A stretch of DNA of 64,000 bases from Waterburya sp. (GTDB taxonomy: Bacteria > Cyanobacteriota > Cyanobacteriia > Cyanobacteriales > Xenococcaceae). Position numbers and translations under genes: made by a program. Every line of letters starts with the position of its first letter. The first letter of the stretch is position 1. The stretch covers positions 448,001-512,000 of the forward strand of contig CBDCJV010000002.1 of NCBI GenBank assembly GCA_965217895.1. Reading direction: 5' to 3'. Positions 58,791 to 64,000 of the stretch are shown in pieces. Below the pieces are notes generated by a model. That model ran no database searches, was not told where the DNA came from, and saw nothing but the letters and a program-made list of their open reading frames with translations.

Positions 58791-59279
58791 ATGGTAGATT
58801 GCGCGATCGCTTTGGGCAGTAATGAAGGTAATTCTCTAAATATCTTGGAAAGTTCTCTTAATGCCCTCAATCAAATTCCTGGCATTACCCTCAAAACAAC
58901 TTCTAGCTGGTATCAAACTAAACCCGTAGGTACACTAAATTCTCAAGCAGACTATCTTAATGGCTGTGCGTTATTATCAGCAGCACAAACCCCTGAAGAA
59001 TTGTTAGCTATTCTCCAGGCTACCGAGATGCAGTTTGGCAGAGTAGGTAAGGGTACACTGCAACCAAGAACCTTAGATCTAGATTTATTATTATATGGTG
59101 ATGTAGTTTTAAACACTCCTGATTTAACTATTCCCCATCCCCGCATGAGTGAACGTGCTTTTGTCTTAGTTCCTTTAGCCGAAATTGCCCCAGACTGGAT
59201 TGAACCAGTATCAGGAAAGAAAATAGCCAAGCTTCTGCGCAACGTGAATACTTCGGGAGTTAAACTCGTTGCAGTTTAA
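58791..59279 (+). CDS. folK: 2-amino-4-hydroxy-6-hydroxymethyldihydropteridine diphosphokinase
   Basis: IALGSN; YLN; PRTLDLDLLLY; PHPRM.ERAFVL.PL.EIAP. Confidence 0.95.
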   Translation: MVDCAIALGSNEGNSLNILESSLNALNQIPGITLKTTSSWYQTKPVGTLNSQADYLNGCALLSAAQTPEELLAILQATEMQFGRVGKGTLQPRTLDLDLLLYGDVVLNTPDLTIPHPRMSERAFVLVPLAEIAPDWIEPVSGKKIAKLLRNVNTSGVKLVAV

Positions 59280-59361
59280 CAATTCCATCTTTGGTACGAC
59301 AAATAAAATTAAAGTTTGAACCAAAATGTAATTAAGTTCACTATATTTTGCTTAAATTATT

Positions 59362-59550
59362 ATGTCTGACAATAAAAATGCCACTGGTAAAAGCGGTACT
59401 GCAAAACCTAACACCAATGCCAATGGTCAAATGGATCTAGCTTCTAAGTCAACAGTCGATCCTGAATCTATTATTGACGAAGCACCCGCAGCAGAAAGAT
59501 CGGAGTCTGCACCAGAAAACAAGGCTGCTACTAAAAGAGAAGAAGCCTAA
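59362..59550 (+). CDS. Small hydrophilic hypothetical protein
   Basis: 62-aa low-complexity ORF with coding-like composition in an AT-rich gap. Confidence 0.5.
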   Translation: MSDNKNATGKSGTAKPNTNANGQMDLASKSTVDPESIIDEAPAAERSESAPENKAATKREEA

Positions 59551-59827
59551 AATTTTAAGCCAACTTTCAAGATAACGATAAAAAAAAGGATATATACCTC
59601 TTCTTTTTCATTAAAACTCCTGTTTTCAATATGGAAAGGGTTTAAAACTATGTCCTTTTTTTCTTTGACTATCATTAATACTTGCAGATAAAGCGATCAC
59701 AATTTTATTCTAAATAGTCTGTCCAACATTTTAATTATAATTAACGGAATATCAGACTGACTATCTAAGTTTATTTGTTGGTAAACACTGCCTAATGTTT
59801 TATTCACAATACCGTGTCTCGTCAAGT

Positions 59828-60112
59828 TTATGTTAGTAGCCATCGATACACCCCCAAACAGTCTACAAACAGGAAGATTGACCCCGAATAAAACATCATT
59901 AAATTATCTTTGGTTTGAATACTAGAAACCAAAAGCTGACTAGAACTTAAGGCTAAAAACAAGAATCCATAGCTACTAATATTTAGTTTTGCCGCCAACA
60001 TTACTCCACCAATAACAGCACAGATACTACTAGATATTTTTAGTAATTGAGCCGATAAATTTTTTCTCAATAATTTATAGAAAAATAGTTCGACCTGCCT
60101 GAAAATAATCAT
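59828..60112 (-). CDS. Small membrane protein
   Basis: Three hydrophobic segments ending in GVYRWLL. Confidence 0.55.
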   Translation of the reverse strand: MIIFRQVELFFYKLLRKNLSAQLLKISSSICAVIGGVMLAAKLNISSYGFLFLALSSSQLLVSSIQTKDNLMMFYSGSIFLFVDCLGVYRWLLT

Positions 60113-60126
60113 ATGTTGTATCTGAT

Positions 60127-61419
60127 GAACCTTCTCAAAAAGTCTGGGGGCTAGCTACAAAAATTTAGACCAATGAAACAGATACTGTCTCTGTAAGTTC
60201 ACCCAGTCTTGATGCTGCTTTCTGAGCAATGATTTCCCCTAAGGTCGGAATCAAATTTGTTCTCCCCACTCGATCAGTAAGATACTTCCAGAAGGAAACT
60301 CCTAATTTACGACAAGTCTTTTTGAGACTGGCAAAAGTATCTCGGCACCTTCGTCCCTCATCACTGCGGGTGCTGCCGCTGATCTTACCTTTAGTTACAA
60401 ATTCTCGGATGTCTTGCTCACTGGCATTGTTGTGAAGCGGTAATTCTGGTTTGTCTAAAACTTTGAGCAACTCCCTTTGCCGTCGGTTGAGTCTTGTCAA
60501 AACTTGATTGAGGGTTTCAAAACAAGTGTGAGTCGTAAAGATTTGGTCGAAACTAGTTTCGAGTCGGACTTTCTGTTGTTGCTGCTGGTTGGATGTCAAT
60601 TTTTTGTAAGCTTTTAAGTCCTGATAGAAATCCTAAATTTCTCCCTGAACCTTTTCCACTGCCAGTCTCTGAACCCTAGTCAAAGGAATCAGCTTGTTAA
60701 TCAGACGCTCGGCGTGAACCCAGCACAAACCATGCTCCAGCAATCGAAATTGTCCAGCGCAGATGTCTATGCCCCATTCCTGCATTTGTTCCAGGAGCTT
60801 GGGTTGGGTCACATGGCACCGCTTTGGGTAATTTCCCTCTCAAGTATTCTGCCCTTGGCGTTTTCCAGATAGCTAGTCGATACCGTGTATTATGGGCACT
60901 GATAATTAGCTCTTGAACTGTGTAATCTTGGTATCCTTTAAATTCTGAACCTGGAGGAATTTCTGACGGGGGCTGGATTATTTTGGTCTCGTGGATGATT
61001 AAGTTCGCATTTTTCTGCCGTTTTTGAAAGCCAGGACGCTTTTTCTTGCCTTGCTGCTCTTGAGACCCTTCGGTTTTTGTCTCCTCTTCTTGACTTTGAG
61101 CTTTCTTTTCTGGCTCTAGTCTGCTGGGTTTAATTTTGGGCTTTCCCTTTTCTCCTTTCAGACGGGCGATTTCATCCGTTAGCTCTTGGATGCACTCTTC
61201 CCGCTCTGGCAGTAACTGCAACAGTAGAGTCTCTCGGTCGCAGAGCTCTTCACAGGATAGCTTGGGGATTTTTGTGAGTTTTATGCCCATAGCTGATGAT
61301 TTTACCAGTTATCTCTCCCTCTAGGAAGTCTGGGCTTACTTCCTCATCTTTAAGCTTCGGACTGGTCTGTCTTTTCTCGTTTCTTTCCCTGAGTTTTCCC
61401 AGACTTATTGAGAAGATTC
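60127..61419 (-). mobile_element. IS66-like element, internally deleted, transposase pseudogene, both terminal inverted repeats retained
   Basis: Repeats gaaccttctcaaaaagtctggg (60127) and cccagacttattgagaagattc (61398-61419). Fragments: FKGYQDYTVQEL, LCWVHAER, an in-frame TAG near 60633, PLHNNASEQDIR, SLKKTCRKLG. Confidence 0.85.
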
Positions 61420-61692
61420 GTAGAAACTACCAAAGATTTAGGTATTCAGCTAATAGAAGTTGAAGATGTTGGGGTTGAAGAAGCGATCGCAATACTCGAA
61501 GGCAATCCGCAAATCGAATATGCCGAACCGAATTCTATTGTCTCAATAACCGATACATTTCCCAACGATCCGCGTTTTGATGAGCTATACGCCCTTAATA
61601 ATACAGGACAAACAAGCGGTACTCCCGATGCCGATATCGATTCTCCTGAAGGCTGGAATCTCCAAACTGGCAGTAGCGATGCAGAAAAATGA
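61420..61692 (+). pseudogene. Fragment of an S8 subtilisin-like protease (propeptide/mature junction)
   Basis: IEYAEPN...PNDPRFDELYALNNTGQTSGTPDADIDSPEGW; cut by the IS end on the left and stops before the catalytic Asp. Confidence 0.75.
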
Positions 61693-63999
61693 TTATTTAC
61701 GCCTAGCAATAAAATATCCCTGGAACAGCTTTTCCATCTCTACCCAAACAAACACCAACATACTAAAGCCAAGACAAATTAGTAAGTCAGTAAAGCTAAG
61801 AACACTAGTCTCAAAAAAGTTGCGTAGTGGTGCAACGTAAATTAGTAATACCTGTAAAACTGTGGTTAAAGCGATCGCACCGAGTAAATAAGGATTAGAG
61901 AAAAAGTTCATTTCGATAGTCAGTCTGGTATTAGAGCGTACCGCCAAAGCATGACCCATTTGCGCCAGACAAAGGGTAGTAAACACCATAGTTTTCCAAT
62001 GATTAGGATTGACGCTTTCGAGATCGTTGTTATAAGACCACACCATTAAGCTGATGGTTATAAGGGCAAAGATAATCCCAATTCGCACCATGTATAGCCC
62101 CATTCCGCGAGCAAAAATGCTTTCCTTTGGATCGTAGGGTGGGCGACTCATTACGTTGGGTTCGGCTGGTTCTAATGCTAGTGCCAGTGCAGGTAAACCA
62201 TCGGTAACAAGGTTCATCCAGAGAATTTGTAGGGGAGAAAGAGGAACACTACTTAAACCTAATAATGGCGCAGCAGCAATGGTTAATACCTCGCCAATAT
62301 TACTACCAAGGATATATTTGATAAACCGCCGAATATTATCATAAACTACTCTGCCTTCTTTGATCGCAGCGACGATAGTGGCAAAGTTATCATCGAGCAG
62401 AACCATGTCGCTAGCTTCTTTACTAACGTCAGTTCCAGTGATGCCCATAGCAATCCCGATATCTGCCTGTTTTAAAGCTGGCGCATCGTTGACTCCATCC
62501 CCCGTCATAGCCACAAATTCGCCCTGCTTTTGTAAAGCTTTAACTATCCGCAGCTTATGTTCTGGGGCAACACGAGCATAAACGCTAACCTGTTTTACCA
62601 CCTGTTCTAACTCTGCTGCGGACATCCTGGCTATTTCTTGCCCTGAAATTACTTGTCCATTAGCTTTAGCGATGTTCAGCTTAGTTGCGATCGCCATAGC
62701 GGTCAAAGGATGATCTCCCGTAATCATTACTGGTCTAATTCCCGACCTCAAACAGTTTGCCACCGCCTGTTTTACTTCCTCTCTGGGTGCATCCAGCATT
62801 CCTACCATCCCGAGCCATACAAGTTCTCGTTCGTTCTCTTCTTCTGTGTTAGCAGCAGGTATTTCTGCCAGAGGTTTATATGCTATACCCAATACTCTTA
62901 AGCCAATACTTGCTAGATAGGTATTTGAATCTAGGATTTGTTGCTTTTGCTGTTCTGTAATGGGTTGAGATTTATCGTCGTTCTGAATGTAAAGCGATCG
63001 CTCTAACATTAACTCTGGTGAACCCTTGACAAACATTATGTAGGGCGATTCTGTCTCTGGATTTTCTACTGTGACAGACATTCGTTTTCGCTCGGAGTCA
63101 AAGGGAAACTCTGCTAAGCGAGGTCTGTTTTGTTCGAGATCTTCTTTAAAAAGTCCTGTCTTTCCTGCCAAAGCCAATAGTGCGCCCTCTGTCGGATCGC
63201 CTAAGATCGACCATTTAGCTTTTTTTTGTGAGGTCTTACGGGAACATTGAAGCAGGGCATCATTACACAATACACAGGCTTCGAGTAGCTTATTAATTTC
63301 TGGCTCTTTTTCTAGACTATCTGGGTCTTCTCCTTGAAATTCTCCCGCTGGCTGATAACCCGTCCCTGTAACTTCAAAGTTAAATGAGTGGGTGCATACT
63401 TGCTGGACGATCATCTTGTTTTGAGTCAGCGTACCCGTTTTGTCAGAACAGATTGTAGTCACCGAACCTAAAGTTTCCACTGCTGGTAACTTACGTATCA
63501 AAGCCTGACGGCGAATCATCTTTTGTGTGCCAATTGCCAGAGTCACAGTTACCACCGCAGGCAATCCTTCTGGCACTACCGCCACTGCCATACTTAAAGA
63601 AGTTTCTAGAATCTCTTCAAAGATTCCCCAGCCTGACTTAAGTAAACCACCAAAAGTAATTAAGACTACCAAAGATAGCGAACCACTAACTAGTACTTTG
63701 CCTAGCTGGGTCATGCGTTGTTGTAGAGGAGTTGGTTCTGTCTCCACCGTTTGCAGCATGGTGGCAATTAGACCAATCTCCGTCTCCATGCCTGTTTTAG
63801 TGACTATGGCTTTTCCTCTGCCTTTTGCTACCTGTGTACCTTTAAAAATTAGGTTTAGACGCTCGCCTAACGGGGCATCTTCAGGTAAAATGACATCGGC
63901 ATCTTTATTTACCGCAGTGGCTTCGCCCGTAAGAGTAGACTCGCTAACCTGCAAATTTTGTGCCTCTAGCAAATGCCCATCCGCAGCAATTTGTACCCC
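61693..63999 (-). CDS. Cation-transporting P-type ATPase (Ca2+/PacL-like); 5' end lies outside the window
   Basis: [47 protein letters not shown]. The frame stays open to the window end. Confidence 0.95.
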   Translation of the reverse strand, partial: GVQIAADGHLLEAQNLQVSESTLTGEATAVNKDADVILPEDAPLGERLNLIFKGTQVAKGRGKAIVTKTGMETEIGLIATMLQTVETEPTPLQQRMTQLGKVLVSGSLSLVVLITFGGLLKSGWGIFEEILETSLSMAVAVVPEGLPAVVTVTLAIGTQKMIRRQALIRKLPAVETLGSVTTICSDKTGTLTQNKMIVQQVCTHSFNFEVTGTGYQPAGEFQGEDPDSLEKEPEINKLLEACVLCNDALLQCSRKTSQKKAKWSILGDPTEGALLALAGKTGLFKEDLEQNRPRLAEFPFDSERKRMSVTVENPETESPYIMFVKGSPELMLERSLYIQNDDKSQPITEQQKQQILDSNTYLASIGLRVLGIAYKPLAEIPAANTEEENERELVWLGMVGMLDAPREEVKQAVANCLRSGIRPVMITGDHPLTAMAIATKLNIAKANGQVISGQEIARMSAAELEQVVKQVSVYARVAPEHKLRIVKALQKQGEFVAMTGDGVNDAPALKQADIGIAMGITGTDVSKEASDMVLLDDNFATIVAAIKEGRVVYDNIRRFIKYILGSNIGEVLTIAAAPLLGLSSVPLSPLQILWMNLVTDGLPALALALEPAEPNVMSRPPYDPKESIFARGMGLYMVRIGIIFALITISLMVWSYNNDLESVNPNHWKTMVFTTLCLAQMGHALAVRSNTRLTIEMNFFSNPYLLGAIALTTVLQVLLIYVAPLRNFFETSVLSFTDLLICLGFSMLVFVWVEMEKLFQGYFIARRK

Positions 64000-64000
64000 T

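Noticed and set aside
4652..62901. Numerous 60-120 aa ORFs antisense or out of frame within long genes (e.g. 4652..5020, 11002..11370, 30199..30507, 46654..46971, 58952..59242)
   Set aside because: Shadow ORFs of well-supported genes, with no independent motifs.
1..64000. CRISPR array, tRNA or rRNA
   Set aside because: No regularly spaced repeats or structural RNA signatures seen. The recurrent GCGATCGC is HIP1, an ordinary cyanobacterial feature.

Overview
AT-rich cyanobacterial chromosomal DNA, shown by the very frequent HIP1 octamer GCGATCGC, a CpeY-type phycobilin lyase and crtO. Positions 1-32.9 kb form a large surface-polysaccharide locus. It holds about ten glycosyltransferase or glycosyltransferase-like genes, a Wzc-type chain-length/kinase gene, an ABC exporter and an OafA-type acyltransferase. 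Embedded in it, co-oriented, is a hybrid NRPS/PKS assembly line: A-T-KS-AT-ACP-aminotransferase, then a JmjC-like cupin, a methyltransferase, C-A-T, C*-T-TE and a membrane-anchored alpha/beta hydrolase. The gene just upstream of the assembly line is a WecB/TagA glycosyltransferase fused to four MshEN-like (c-di-GMP-binding) repeats. My best candidate for an undescribed system is therefore a c-di-GMP-gated pathway that decorates a glycan with an NRPS/PKS-made (di)amino-acyl unit; this is inference. Positions 33-64 kb are mixed housekeeping and accessory genes: a cNMP histidine kinase, Uma2, crtO, cpeY, two COG4705 paralogs sharing an exact 19-bp upstream motif, an XRE + ImmA/IrrE pair near an orphan DndD/Rad50-like ATPase, a DEP-domain protein, DUF1501/DUF1800, an O-methyltransferase, a PpsA-like gene, ParA, folK and a P-type ATPase. 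This half also carries many decayed remnants (IS630, IS66, vapC, S8 protease, a DUF1800 fragment) and MITEs. All calls come from reading motifs by eye; no searches were run.
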